A stretch of 64,000 nucleotides of DNA from Chara braunii (GCA_003427395.1 BFEA01000001.1:2284312-2348311); one strand, 5' to 3'. Positions 1-13,250 are shown, counted from the stretch's first letter. The notes: generated by a model from the sequence alone, not told the origin. Numbers and translations are program-made.

Positions 1-406
1 CTTTGGCAGTGAAGCGAGTGTGTAGTTTGAGATGAATGTCGAGAATGCCAATGCTGTTATATTTGTTTGTTTTTGGTAAACGAGTTTTTGGTTTTGTTGG
101 TCGATGCGGAAGGCTGTCCAAGTGTTTTCAGACCTTTGAGGGGGTTGGGTCGGTGCCTTCTTGCTGGAGTAGTCTTCTGTCGTAGGTAAGTTGCCTTCTG
201 CCCTCCATCGCCTTATGGACTTTGAAATATATATATATACATATGTCGCTTTGGCGGCCGACAGGTGTGTGGGCACTCGGCGCTGAACCACACAAACACG
301 GTAATACGTTTTTAAATTGTGCCTCTCTCTAACCGTTTTGTTTTATGGATGGCTTGTGATGAATTGTGAAAGGAATGAGAGAGAGAATCTGGGGTGTTTT
401 TAAAAT

Positions 407-408
<2 letters not shown>

Positions 409-465
<57 letters not shown>
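409..465. repeat. (CT)n microsatellite
   Basis: Uninterrupted CT dinucleotide run. Confidence 0.95.
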
Positions 466-467
<2 letters not shown>

Positions 468-2599
468 GCATAGACACACCCGCACATTAAAAAGGTTCAA
501 GGAAAAAGAAAGAAAAAGTGAGGAGGAAAAGACTTCGAAAAAGAAACAAAATATCGAGTAGGCGAGCACATTCTTGACATGTTTTTTTTTTTTTTTTGGA
601 TCAATGAAATGCCCTGCAATTCTATAGGCATGTACCCTACGTGCTGGAGAAGAAAATCAAATCAAATAAAAAGTTTTAGCCTCTTAGGCCCCGAAATGAT
701 TTTTGGCACAAGGCGAACTTTGGGAAGTTCAGCCCCCTTACATTCGGCCCGACACCTGAACGTTGGGGGAGGGGGTGGAGACCCCCCCCCAATTCTTATT
801 CTTCAATAAATAATAATAATCAGAATGAATGGCTGAACCAAAACCAATGTTTGAATCTCCCTCTAACTGCCAGCAGATAGCCATGACCTTCTTCTTCTAC
901 CTCCTCCAGTAGGTGAAGGCTATGGTGGACTTCTAGGGGCCCTGACCAGTCCACTATAACCAAGGTGGATTGTCAGGTGCTCTTCCTCCCAGCACACCAC
1001 ACCAGTGCTCCTCCATCTAGCACTCCAGCAGCATGATGCCCAAACTTGCACACTGCAGATGAGGAGTATAGCGCTTCTCCTGGAGATATACCGTCCGCGT
1101 TGCCTCCTGGAGATACCGTCCACATTGCCTTTTGGTCGGTGACTCCCAAGCAACCGGTACCTTCTCCCTTTCGGAGGGTAACATCATTGCAGGTTTGATA
1201 TCGGTCGCTACAGGCCCTAGACTCAGACATCTCGACCGGTACCCTAGACCTAGGCCTATCGGACTCCTAAAATTCGTGCAACCTCTAAAGGTCCAACTTT
1301 TTGTCTTCTTCTGGGCAGCCTGCTGCTACTCAAGTACTACCTGTGTCAGTGGGCGCGGTGTCCCGGCCCTCCGCAAACGCAACCTATGTGCGGCTGCAGT
1401 TCACATACCTGATGTACGAGGTTCTCGTTGAGCGCGGTTTACTTTACGGACATATCAGGGGCATTTCCTGGGTGTGGCAAGTACCTGCTTTGTTGTGATA
1501 CGGCAGTAAACTCTGGGACCAGTTGTGACAAGTGTGTGCGCCGCTGGCCGTCCATGGGTTCATTCGAACACGGCACCCTGTTGTACAGCCGAGCACTAAC
1601 GGTCCTTGTTCGCGGTAACCGCCGGACTCGACCAGGGATGTGAAGGGAATAACCCTGGTGATGCCCTTCCTGTTGCGCACCGAGTCTCACAACTACGAGT
1701 TATGGGATGATCATATGTCAAGCGGTCGCTATCAAAAGAAAAAGAAAAGAAAAGAAAGAAAAGAAAGAAAAGAAAGAAAAGGGAAATGAGGGATGAGAAA
1801 ATAGAGAGTCATATTTACAATCTGCGCCAATATCATGACCACTGTTTTAGTATTTGATAATTTGATGGTCGCAGACGATCGTGCGGCATTATGCTTTCTT
1901 TCTTTCTTTTGTTTTATTATTATTAATCTTGTCTTTTCAAATTTAGTTCTCACTTTTGTCACCTTGTGCAGATTCTATGAGTGGGCGGTCTTGATTGGCA
2001 CGACCAATCGGACCTCTGTTGTCATGAAAGCTACCTCCTGGACTTCACAATGTAGGACCTCAAAAGGAGGGCGATCCGCGACCGCTTTGGCATGAGGCCT
2101 ATCACCCCCGCGGAAGGTAATAAGCCCCCTCCTTGCCATCGGGCAAGGGTACCCAAAGGTAGTCAGATGACCTCCTTTGAAGGGTGGAAGACACCAGATG
2201 GTATCCCATTATGGGACCATTACGCGCCCGATCTGCTGTCATTTAGGCTCAAACTTGAAAAGGATAGCAAGCATGAGCCGCAAGATTGCCTTTAGGGGCA
2301 ACCGTTGGGTGCACTATACTTTTTTTATTAAAAATTATTATGCTTATTTTATTCTGATTTTATTTATCTAACATGGACCCTTTAGATCTCGTTTAGAACG
2401 CAAGGTATTTCGCGTTTTTTTAATTTATAAAAGAGTAGTTGTTATGCTTTCCTATTGGTCAGTAGGTGCGTGCTAAAGATCTCGCTATACCTACGCGGTT
2501 GGCAATTCGGGATAGTAGAACAGAACAGTGAGGTACCTAGCCCGTAGCTATCTATGCGTGCGTGCATTCTGGCTATTTCAAAAAGTGTGTGGCGACAAC

Positions 2600-2850
2600 G
2601 TTGGTCGGCCCTTCGGCCCTTTTCTATCCAATGTGGTACTTCATGAGCTTGAGAAATTTGTCATGCGACTGAAGAGCATTGCCGATAGAGGGTTGTCCAT
2701 TGAGAGGGCAACCGTCGCAGGTTGCGGATAAAAAGGCTCACTGCAAAGATCCGGTGACGATTGGAGAGGAGCCTTCAAGATGTGCCTTCTGCTCTCCCGT
2801 TCGTCGGCTCGCCATAGTCGTTTTAGAAGGATTCACTTAATAGGTCAAAG
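2600..2850 (+). pseudogene. Group II intron reverse transcriptase/maturase fragment (organellar type)
   Basis: PFLSNVVLHELEKFVMRLKSIADRG resembles the RT-4 motif SPxLSNIYLHELDKF..RLK..FDxG. Downstream VPSALPF...FRRIHLIG resembles the segment before RT-5, with YADD itself missing. Absent from the homologous L2 arm. Confidence 0.6.
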
Positions 2851-2989
2851 TGTCAGATTGTGAATTTGAAAACATGGGTTCCACTGCCATTACTCGCCTT
2901 TTGCATCTGAACTCTGGCGAGCCTAGATCCAGCCAAAGTTGGCATCAAGACAGTTATTCATTGACTTAAGTGAATGAATCTAAGTTAAT

Positions 2990-4000
2990 GGATTCTATGG
3001 CGCATCACAAGGGTCTACGTGGCTATAGGTCGAACGCCTGGAAGCCACTGGTGCGTTGCGCTTTGGCGTCGAACGAGGAGGGTCCTTGGACTTCGACGGG
3101 AAGGAGGCGAAATTAAAGACTAATGTTGAGGGAGGGAGAAAATAGGAGATAAGAGAGGATTAGAGGTTGCAGGTGGCCATCACAAAGGCCAAAAATCGAG
3201 CCAAGCACCGGTCTATAAGGGATGGAGTCACAATGGAGGTTCACGTGACAGTTTCGTACCACGAGACTAAGACCTCTACCGGAACCACAGAGTGTGAACA
3301 ACAACGGCTAGATCGGAACTTCGAGGTTGAGTTCGAGGCTAGCGACGCCGTCGAGACTAGTGGAGACGAGATCACACGCCGATGGCACTAATGGAGGAGG
3401 GTCCAGAGGCCAGCTTACATCGATGGAGGCAGTGAACCTGCGCACACAGTTACAGAGTCGGCGGGAAAGCATGGGATATGTGCGAGGTACTAGCGACTAC
3501 GTAGGCGAGATAGAACATGGAGTATAAGAGTACTAGACTACTGAGTTGGCGTCATCCCTCCTACTGAAATGACAGGCTGATCCCGCGAGGCGGTTGCTGC
3601 ACGCAAGAGAGAGAGGGGGACTTCTCGCTTTGGGAATTTTGCTTGAGATTCCATAGTTGACGTTAAGTTGTCAACTATTTCGAATCCTTACTTCCATTGA
3701 GCATCGCGTACTACTGATGTTGTAGGCGTCTTTTTCGTCTGCATGCTCTTACTAGCCACAAAGTGTTTTCTCTACTCAGAACTGCCGCTCACGAATTTTC
3801 TTATAGAAGAAGTCGAGGCCGAGAGGCGGTTTGGGTCTGTTATGGTCTATAAGAAGGAGAGAACGAAAGTGCAAAGATGAATACTAACAGCATGATCGAG
3901 CGTCAGAGGTTTGACTCCCTCTCCTTCGTAAGCTCACGCCCAAGAGGGGTCGTTGTGATTGCCGAGTCCCGGGTCGTCCGAGCCCTCTTGCAATAACCCG
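2990..4000 (+). pseudogene. ORF-A (left copy), unknown charged protein
   Basis: QVAITKAKNRAKHRSIRDGVTMEVHVTVSYHETKTSTGTTECEQQRLDR aligns with QAVVTKAKNRANRRCRREGVIAEVQATISYQKTKTSIGTTEREQQDLDR at 14143-14691(-). Stops and frameshifts present. Confidence 0.55.
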
Positions 4001-4164
4001 CCTCTGTTATCAGTAGTACTAGTCGTTTGTACCATGTAAATAAGTTGAAGTGTCGTGAAAAGGTTCGAGGTTGACACCTTTTTAAAAAACTCAAGCGACA
4101 GAGGTCAAAAACTTCATACTTACGAAAGGTGCGTATGCGCTGATAGTTGGCATTTTTCGATGCG

Positions 4165-4535
4165 TACAAGTTACAGAGCAAGATTGCATCGAAACATCGT
4201 TGCTAATGAGAACTGATGCGTAAAGCTGATTGCTAGCAAGTCAATCGTCACAACGAAAGTTAGATTTCTCATTGGGTAGAAAATAATTTTCATAGGAGAA
4301 GCGAGTGCATCCTGTGTTGACGTCACCTGCTCTATTCTTTCCATTTTTCGATGGGTACAAGTTACAGAGCAAGATTGCATCGAAACGTCGTTGCCAATGA
4401 AAACTGATGGGTGAAGCTGAGTGCTTGCAACTCGATCGTCACTACGAAAGTTAGATTTCTCATTGGTTAGAAAATGATCTTCATAGGAGAAGCGTGTGCA
4501 TCATGTGTTGACGTCACCTGCTTCGTTCTTGCCTT
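4165..4535. repeat. Tandem duplication, ~191-bp unit x2
   Basis: TACAAGTTACAGAGCAAGATTGCATCGAAAC...GACGTCACCTGCT occurs at ~4165 and ~4356. Confidence 0.9.
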
Positions 4536-4544
4536 CCTCGAAAA

Positions 4545-7200
4545 TCATGCACACTCATAATTGAGTAGTAGGTAATAGTACGCGCACGAGAGAAGGTTAA
4601 ACTTTTGGATAAAACTTTGTGTTGAGAATGTGGTTGAAGTTATCAACCTGATTTTGATGTCCCCATTGGTCTCATATTTTTCCTATGGCGAGAGTTGGTG
4701 GGGTGTGGGCAGGCGGAGTGTGTTGAGGATGTATGCGAGTTCTTCTAATCGTTTGTTTGGTGATTCATCTGAGAGGTACGCTTACAATATAATGTTGATG
4801 TCATCTGTTTCAAAAAAACTAGGCGGAAGTTTTCCCTCATGGATATGGCTTCTATCATTCATTGTGAAGTTTTTTGTTTTAATTATTCCTATTATAATAA
4901 CACTAGAGTGGATGCGCGGGGCAAAGATTACTATCCCTGAGCGGGTATCGTTATCTGGAATTAAAATTCCTAGACTACTTTATGCAAGTGCACTTAACCG
5001 ATGTCATCATCTTGGTTTCGATATTTGTCTTTATTTGTGCTACTAGCGGTATAAATCTCTTGGTCGTTGGGGAAAGGTTCATTAAGTGTTCACTAATGAC
5101 GAGTTTGGTGGTACCAATTTGGTGAGTTTAGAAGTGTGGTGAATACTCGCAACTCGTCTGCTAGATCTTTGTTCCGCTCGCATGATTCTGTGGAGATGTT
5201 CTTTCTGACACGTGAAGACAAGGCATGGGCTGGAATGAATTGATGTCAGAGTAAACATGCATGCTAGACAGTGTCTATTGTCATTGATGTTTTTTTCTTC
5301 GTCAGTGATCTATGGTGTTTGCTTCAGACAGATCACGAGTGAATTCTTCTCGTTCAAATGGATGCTCCTGTTGCCAACCTTTAATGTCATCTTGTGGGCG
5401 GTTCTTGTGTTACGAGCCTAAGTTTCCCTTGTACGATTGTTAGCCTGAGTAAGAAACGAAAAGAGGAAGAGGGATTTATCTCGCTCGATTATGTTAGATG
5501 GAGAATTTGCAAGATATATCTGATCTAAGATGAAGGTTGTGGGTCACCGAGATAATAATAAGCGAAAAAAATCAGATAAGATCCTCTCTTCTTATTCTAC
5601 CCACTTTTACCCGAATGATTTTATATGAACTGTGAACTTGGGATCAAACTTGCTATCAATGTCATACTCTTAGTCTCTCGTCTTAAGAAGGAGAAAGATT
5701 TAACTTGTTCTTATCGGGATTGGGCGAGCTGGATGGTGTTATCAGATTGGACAAGAAGGACTAGACAAAGCTCTAGCCTATCGACTATGAGCGAAGTTAA
5801 GAAAAAATGTATTGGAAAATAATTTTTTGCCTTAACAGGCGAAAGTCGGACATCGCATCCCACGCTAATTGTTTCAAAAGTATATCTCGTCTTCGTTAAT
5901 TTGTTAGGAAAGAAAATGATAGTGTTAAGGAAAATAACATATGTTTTGGCAAAGGTACTCCTTGATGGAGACTGATAAACAACTGATAGTGTCCTACAAT
6001 ACAAAGATCGTATGCACTATAGATAGTTGTCTGAGTATTCGTGATAATCCTCCATTCGGTTACTTAGCTGTAAGTTTGTGCTTCTTTAATTATTATTGCT
6101 CGTTTATTCTATTTTATAGCCATGACTACGTCCCACTACTACGAGGGGGGATTAATGGTGCCATGTCTGTTACTGGAGTTGGTGTTGTCGTCAGCAATAA
6201 CTCCCCGCTAGTAATACTTTGGGACAACAAGGAACTTGCGTTATGTGCTAACTAGTGTAGTGCTATCTCGAGTGTTGTAACCGCAAAGTTATTAGATAAA
6301 GGATTGTTTTTAGCAGCAATTAACAAATTCACTCAAGGTAAATAATTGAATTATACTTGATTGATTAGTTTATATCATTTTATTTTATGATAAAGTAAAA
6401 CTGCTCTGCTGGTTAGAATTGAGTTTTTTCCTTCGTGATGTTTGTTGCAATATTCGAGTAGTGAATGTCAATAAAGCAAATATTGCAATATGGCATTACA
6501 TAACTCAACATGCAATTTGAAACGTAACCCTACAACTCACTGTACCTTATGAAAGTAGAAAGATAATTTGTTTCTTGGAGCTGATAATAGGCTATCAGCC
6601 CTGGTTGTTCGCAGTTGCTCTCTGCAACCACTTACGGCTAGAGTTTGCAATTAGTACTATTAGTTTATCACGGTGAGATCTTGCTTATGCAACTAATGCA
6701 ATTTTGGTACCCAGCGAATGACTCATGATGTATTATCTCTTGGGAAAATGCTTACATCAAGTGGTTAATAGGGGGAAGTTCCTGAACTGTGAACAAACAA
6801 TGTCAAATGAGTTGCAATTTTGTCGCATCTTGCGTAGATAATAAACAACGATTTATCTTGGTATATGGATGCTCCCTCAAAAAATATTTCCTATTGTCGG
6901 AACCTCAAATGGTAATTGATCACTTCATCATTCTATGGAGGGTTTAAAAATGATTGGTTCTAGGTTGAACCGTGATAGATCGATTGAGTTTTTCGGAAGT
7001 TGGGTTAGTGTGATTTGGGTTGAGGATCGACGAAACTTCACAAAGTTCGCTCGTACCAGTTGGATGAGTTCCAGTCCTCTCAACATTGGTTATTTTTTCA
7101 CTACAAGTGATACCTTGACTAGTCTTTCTGGTTTTCGAGATCAGTACAGTAATTCATTTTCTCATATAAGAAATCAATAGTAATTCATTGAATTGCTGAT
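4545..7200 (-). pseudogene. ORF-B region (left copy), decayed antisense coding sequence, unknown product
   Basis: Long minus-strand frames broken mostly by TAA/TAG, e.g. SLGILIPDNDTRSGIVIFAPRIHSSVIIIGIIKTKNF...AYLSDESPNKRLEELAYILNTLRLP. No recognised domain. Confidence 0.4.
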
Positions 7201-7314
7201 AAGGTTTCATGTGATGCAATAAGTTACCTTTTCATGAGTGATCAAGGATATAGCTTCACAGATTAGTTATTTGTCATTAGTCTTGTCTACTGATTCCTTG
7301 TCAGCGAGCGACCT

Positions 7315-9010
7315 GTGGAGAATGACAACATGAAATTCTCGCTGTGCACTCTTAGCAAATATTTGCTCGTTATGTTTGCAGTGATTTTCTTACAAAGAGT
7401 TCTTGATAACACAAAAGGTTTCATGAAAACGGTCACAACCAATTGGTCACTACTCGATCGTCTTGCCCTCAACATATCAGACGTGGCAACATTCATTATC
7501 TAGTTCTCAATCAACTATTTTGAGAAAATACAACCAAAAAAGAGAGGAGGTGAACATGACAAATAAAAACATTTATGTGATGCATAATTCGTTCCACCGA
7601 GACAAAATGGACGGTTAAGAGAGTAAACTATTTGAGGAAATGGAGCGGTACAAGAAGATGATGAGAGATTCTACAATTGGGCGAGTGAAGTATCAGCACG
7701 AATTAAAAGAGTATATGTTTTACATCTATGGATCAGATGGGAAGCTGCACAACATAGTCTCATCCCTTGAGACTGTTCAAAAGGCAAGAAAAATGATCCA
7801 TGCTCAGTAGTTTTCGATTAAAGGAGTTCCTCTTTGATTTTTTTGCACAAGTCCTTTGGTCACTCACATTCAGTTTACAACGAGTATCAATAAGTATTTA
7901 TACACTCAACAACATTACCAATAGCAGACGCGGCCATTTTTCTTGCATCAAATAGATACAAACTCCTTCATCACGATCAGTTCAGACGGATAACTGTTGA
8001 CAAAGTTCAAGGGGTCTCATGATATTCTCGTAAAAGCTCAGTTTGATTCCTCTTGGCAGGTTCAGAGTGATTTATTTTATACCCAACATCAGAGATCGAT
8101 GATTTGAATTATCCATTATATATTTTTTATCAATCTGTTTCTCATACCAGTACGAATCAATCAGTGTTTTGTCAGGCCGGTCAATGAACTTTCAATTAAC
8201 ATTTTCTTGAGCACCTGCAAAACTTAGGTAGTTTGTTCAGTTTTCAAAATTTTCCTTCTACACAGAGTGTTATCATTTTATTTTATTTTTAGTCTGTCAG
8301 TTCTAGACAGTCTCAACAGGATTGCTTCCAAGGATGTTTTTCCCTATTGATATATTAGTACAGTGGGATTCAAAAGAGGAGATTTTTCAATCTTCGTGGT
8401 CCTCGTAAAGTTTGCAGAGGTGATTATTCATGCAATGAGGATCTATGTGAAGAAAGAAAAAAGACTCATGACCATTTCGATCTAGTCTGGCTTGTAGCGA
8501 AGCAGATGAGATTCAGAAGAACACGAAGTTGATCCATAGCTTTGGATCGAAGTTGTACACTAACGACCCTATGACTTCGATTCCTTACTACCTCACTGAT
8601 AGTCCTTACTGGGGAGATTTGGTTATCTAGCCAAGAGGTATGTCTCTCCTACAAAGATTGACTAAGAGACAGTGGCCGACCCTCAAGGGCTTTACCATCT
8701 CAGGCGAGAGATTTTTTCCACGCCATAAAATGTTTTGTGTTATAGTCGACTTTCAAATATTCAGACTTGGATAAACCTTTTCAACTGACTCTAAATCACA
8801 AAGCCACAATCTCGGGAAATACATAATTGTGGTTCGAGACGCTCGAGGCATATGGTTGAAAGAGAGACAAAGGATAAGACTCCAAAGGGATGAGTGAAGA
8901 CTCTTGACAAGTGTTATCCATGCCTTTTCATCTTTATTCCAAATATTGTTACGAGTTCTCACTTTTTCTCAACCATCTTGTCATTGGTTATGAGTTAGTC
9001 AGTTTTGACT
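7315..9010 (+). pseudogene. ORF-C (left copy), unknown protein
   Basis: MRIYVKKEK/KTHDHFDLV...KLIHSFGSKLYTNDPMTSIPYYLTDSPYWGDLV/KRYVSPTKID aligns with ORF 9806-10165(-). Confidence 0.6.
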
Positions 9011-9509
9011 TATTCTATTTATGTTGTTTGATGTAATGCTCTTTTGCTGATTTTGTCAGAGCTATCATTCCTAAATGACACTTTGATATGCATGCATTTG
9101 AATCGATTTCAATTTTTATTATTGCATGTTTATTTGATGTTTCGAACCTGTCTAATTAAAGGTTTTGAAGACCGGGGTCCGGTGTCGTACTTTCTTCAGT
9201 CAAGCCCCTTCTGCCGACAAGAAAACCAATAAGCTGTCACGCAGGTTTTTTTATGGATTTTGCAATAATTAAATAAATTAATCAATGCAAATCCCTTTCT
9301 GTTCTGTCACTTGTGTGCTTCCGCTTTTGAGTCGGACTTGTCAATTACAGTCTACGCAGGTCCTCGGTCTTAGAAATATTTTATTATGATTCGGAGCAAC
9401 AATAATCATGCAAATAATAAATTAAAAAGAAAAAAGTTAATATGCCATGCACGTATCAAGTTTGTCAATTTAGGAAGTTGAGAATTGTTACAAGATCAAC
9501 AGAGAGCAT

Positions 9510-11150
9510 AATCTCAAGCAATGTCAATGAAAAACGAATAAGGACTGATCGACTCAAGGCAAATACAAGATGAGTGAGGGAAGGTGGGAACTCGTAATAA
9601 TCTCATAAAGTACAGATGAAAAAACATGACCAGCACTCGTTAAAAGTTTTCACTTTCCCTCTCAAGTCTGATCCTCAATTTCTCATTTGACTGTTCGTCT
9701 CGAGTGTTTTTAGCCATGTCTATATACTTCTTGAGATTGTGGCTTAGAGATGTAGAGTCACCTAAAACCCATGAGTTTCAAATACATTCATCCAAGGTCA
9801 AAAACTCAGAAGTCAAGCTTAACACATAACTTTTCCCACATAGTAGAAAGACATGGCATTAAGAAGATCCCTCGTCCGAGATGTCGGTACTCGGATGGTT
9901 TAGTCACTGCCTCATAGTGAATCTCTGCAGGTGAGACATACCTTTTGTCCAGGGCAACCAAATCATCCCAGGAAGAACCATTGATAAGGTAAAAAGGAAC
10001 CGAAGACCTAGGGTAGTCGGAGTATAGCTTAGGACTGAAGTTATGAATCAACTTTGCACCCTTCTTAAACACTTGTGCTCTCTCTTCAATATACTGGGCA
10101 ACTGTAACCGAGACTAAGTCGAAATGCTCATTAGTTTTTTTTCTTTTCTTCACATAAATCCTCAAATCATGGATAATTCCCTTTGCAAATTTTGTAAGAA
10201 TTACAAAGATTGACTTAACTTCTTGTTTAAAACTAACTGCACTGACATATCGATACCGGAAAGCATCCTTGAGAGCAATCTGGTTGAGGATGACAAAGAC
10301 TAATCCACTCCCCGAAAATCATGTGTAGAGATGGATACGGAAACTGATTTGAATGTTTCTGATGAAAACAATGTCTGACTAATGTTGATCCATGTTATGA
10401 CTGGTAATGACTGAGTAACGATAGGTCCTGGCTAAGGATCATAGGTGTTTTACATTATTGAAATTTGTCGAGTAATTGGCCGCTAATTGCCAAAATGAGA
10501 AAAATTCTAGCTTATTAGATAATGTTTGTTGTAAAAGTCACCAATGAGATTTTTTCGAGGAAAGAGTCTGAGATCTCTCGCAATCATCTGAGTTTTACCC
10601 TTTTATTCTAAATAGAAAACATGCTCAATGTTTATTATTTCCCCAATCCTCTGGACACCATATTCTCTCAAAACCAGTTTATGAAATTTCATATATTGGA
10701 AGACCTCAATTTCTCAACCTTTATACTTTTCTTTATTGATACCGCATCTCATGTTATGAATAAACTTTGCACCGTTATGAAACACTCGTGCTCTTCTCTT
10801 ATCTTAAGCTCAAATTTTGACGAGAGATAGGGATGAGTATTTGTTTTGTTGTCTCAGGGCGTTAAAAAGGTTTGTGGTCAAAGTTAAGCTAACATCCGCA
10901 CGCTGTTACTGATGAGGTTTTCATAATAGGGTCCTCTTACCTAGGTCTTTAGCTAACGACCATCTTCTTGCTAGTCCGCAACATTTTACTGCTATGATTG
11001 TCAATAACTGCTTGCTATTAACTTTCAATCAGAGGAGGGTTGAGACCGCACAAAAATTCATTATCATATGGCACAAGCGCTGCTAGGGTTCGTCTACGTT
11101 CGAATACAATATGAGGGTGCTGTTGAGCATTAACTTCGAATGCCGATAAA
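9510..11150 (-). pseudogene. ORF-C (right copy), unknown protein
   Basis: ILNQIALKDAFRYRYVSAVSFKQEVKSIFVILTKFAKGIIHDLRIYVKKRKKTNEHFDLV...KRYVSPAEIHYEAV; C-terminal LLRVPTFPHSSC matches LLRVLTFSQPSC of the left copy. Confidence 0.6.
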
Positions 11151-11199
11151 AACAATTAAGATAATATAAAATAAATTAAATGTTTATTGTAAGTACCTC

Positions 11200-13250
11200 T
11201 ACTGATCAATAAAAATAATCAGTACAGCAACTCATGTACAACCCGTTCAGTCTGTTAAAAATTGCAAGTCCGAATTTGACCTAGTCCTTACTAGAGCGTT
11301 ACTCAACAAACACTCTACAGTGACCTTGAGCATAAAATTTGACCTTATGTCGCATGACAGCAACCAGGTCACTGTGTGCTCGGTACGAGAACCCTAAGTA
11401 TAAGTATTTTGAGTATAATTCATTCATTGGGTGTCAAAGCCCTAAGTAAGAAAATTACTCATACTCAATATGTTGTTTTCAGACGTAGTGTCTGAAATCA
11501 CTCAGCAAGATATTTTTTTACGCAAAACCAGCCCGTATTAAGAAGTGGTGGTTTTCAGCACAAAGGGTGCGTTCATGCTCAACGTAGTGATTTTATCGAG
11601 AGGTTTTTTCACTACTCAGTGAAAAGGAAAAACTCTAGAGTCAATTTCCAGACATTACTCAACATGATAATTCTAAGTACGAAGTCGAATAGTCCTTCAT
11701 GCAAATAAATTAATTTAACATAAAATTTGAATCAGTAAACTCTAAGAATTTGTCATGTCCGGTGGAAATATATATCATACGCGGAGAATCAATAGAAAGT
11801 TTTTTGTATCTGCAAATATGTACTTCAATAAATAGGGTATCCTCGTAATATTAGCAAAGTCAGAGGTACTTCTGCAACTTGCTCTTTAATAAATAGGAAA
11901 CTTCTGCCATATTAGGAAAGATTAGGGGTATGCATATACCTTGCCCTCATTTAATAGGGATACGCTAACAGTAAACCGGAATTATATGCGATTTCAAAAC
12001 TTGCCTTACATGTGAGGCACATCAATCTTTAAACTTGTATTTAAACCAGTTGGCAATTTCTGACGTTAGCCCCCGTTGAGTAAGTGTTTAACAATTAGAT
12101 GAACTATTTTATTTATTTGTCGTTTTTTTTCCCAACAGTCCATTACTCAATCATCATGAAAATAAGGAATGGAGACTCAACATCTTCTGGTGAGACGGGA
12201 ATCAAGACTTACGCTTATTTTCAAGCTTCGGCCAGAGATGAACGAAGTCATTATTTTCCTTCTTAACTGACAATTAAAACTTGAACAACGAATTCTATGG
12301 ATTCAAAATATGTTGTTAAACTCACTTTACTTACTTAAGAAGACTGTTATTTAGTATTTTGTTAACGCGAGTTGAAATAGAACATTGACCATCATTCCAT
12401 AAAGTTCAATCAACCAAACTCAATTTTAAGCAAATTCACGCGATTCGAGAACATCACTTGTCAGTCATAGCACACACAAAAACCATCACATACGAGTAAG
12501 CAAAATAGAGATCTCAAGTGAAAGCAAAATGATGACGTTCTCAAGCAAGGGTAGTCGAAGTTTTATTTTTTTTTTGTCCCAATTAATAATCGTACTTCCC
12601 CAAAAAATTGTCTTTGTCATTCAAGTTTGCCTTTATGTACATCTTTTACCTTTCCTCCTCACTTAAACTTTTCAACATCCCATTTTAATGCTTAACTTCT
12701 TTCTCCCAAACTCAACCAGGAAACACTCTTGTTACGAATGATGAAGATTACTGATTATGTGATCGGTTCAATAATGAATTCGCCTATCACAGAAAAATAA
12801 ACAGTTTATCCCTTAGCGATAGTTTTAAGAATTAACACTAGAGAGACGGAACCACACTGGCATTAACACAGGGAAGTAGCACTAAGGCAGTCAAGTCACA
12901 CTCAAAGATAGTGTCAAGATCAATGGGAAAATAACTTAGATCACACTCGACGATAACAAAAGGAAGAGGAGTACTGACATATGATAATCCACGTAAGGAC
13001 GAAGGGACACTTCAGGTAATACAAGTGATCCCGAACTACATCAAACTGAAGACGGAGAACTTAATCAAGACAAGAGTTTCTGACAGTGGTTACCCATTCA
13101 AAGACCCACAAGCATGGCAATGGGGATTTAGCGTATGACTACGAGCGAGTTTGACAAAGTTATCAGTTTAAAAGTAGTGAGCGAATGAGTATGGCATGCT
13201 CAATGCCTCTACATTAGCACATTGAGTGAAAACGACAGTCGTTGAAAGAG
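11200..13250 (+). pseudogene. Putative ORF-B region (right copy)
   Basis: Positionally equivalent to 4545-7200(-). Only weak similarity (GVLTYDN...KTEN vs GILIPDN...KTKN). Confidence 0.25.

Larger units (their letters stand above)
1344..9239 (+). mobile_element. Giant LTR-like unit L1 (left arm of inverted pair)
   Basis: Starts TGTCAGTGGGCGCGGTGTCCCGGCCCTCCG, matching the reverse complement of the L2 end at 15966 (TGTCGGAGGGCGCGATGTTCCAACCTTCCG). Collinear inverted homology to 9305-15966 in several blocks. 3' end is probably ...AAGCTGTCA (9239), alternatively ...CCGACA (9219). No TSD found. Confidence 0.65.

Noticed and set aside
1-220. Possible LINE-derived coding fragment on the minus strand
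   Set aside because: Open frame but no diagnostic motif, and cut by the window edge.
4630-5046. 138-aa + strand ORF
   Set aside because: Composition suggests the antisense shadow of a decayed minus-strand frame.
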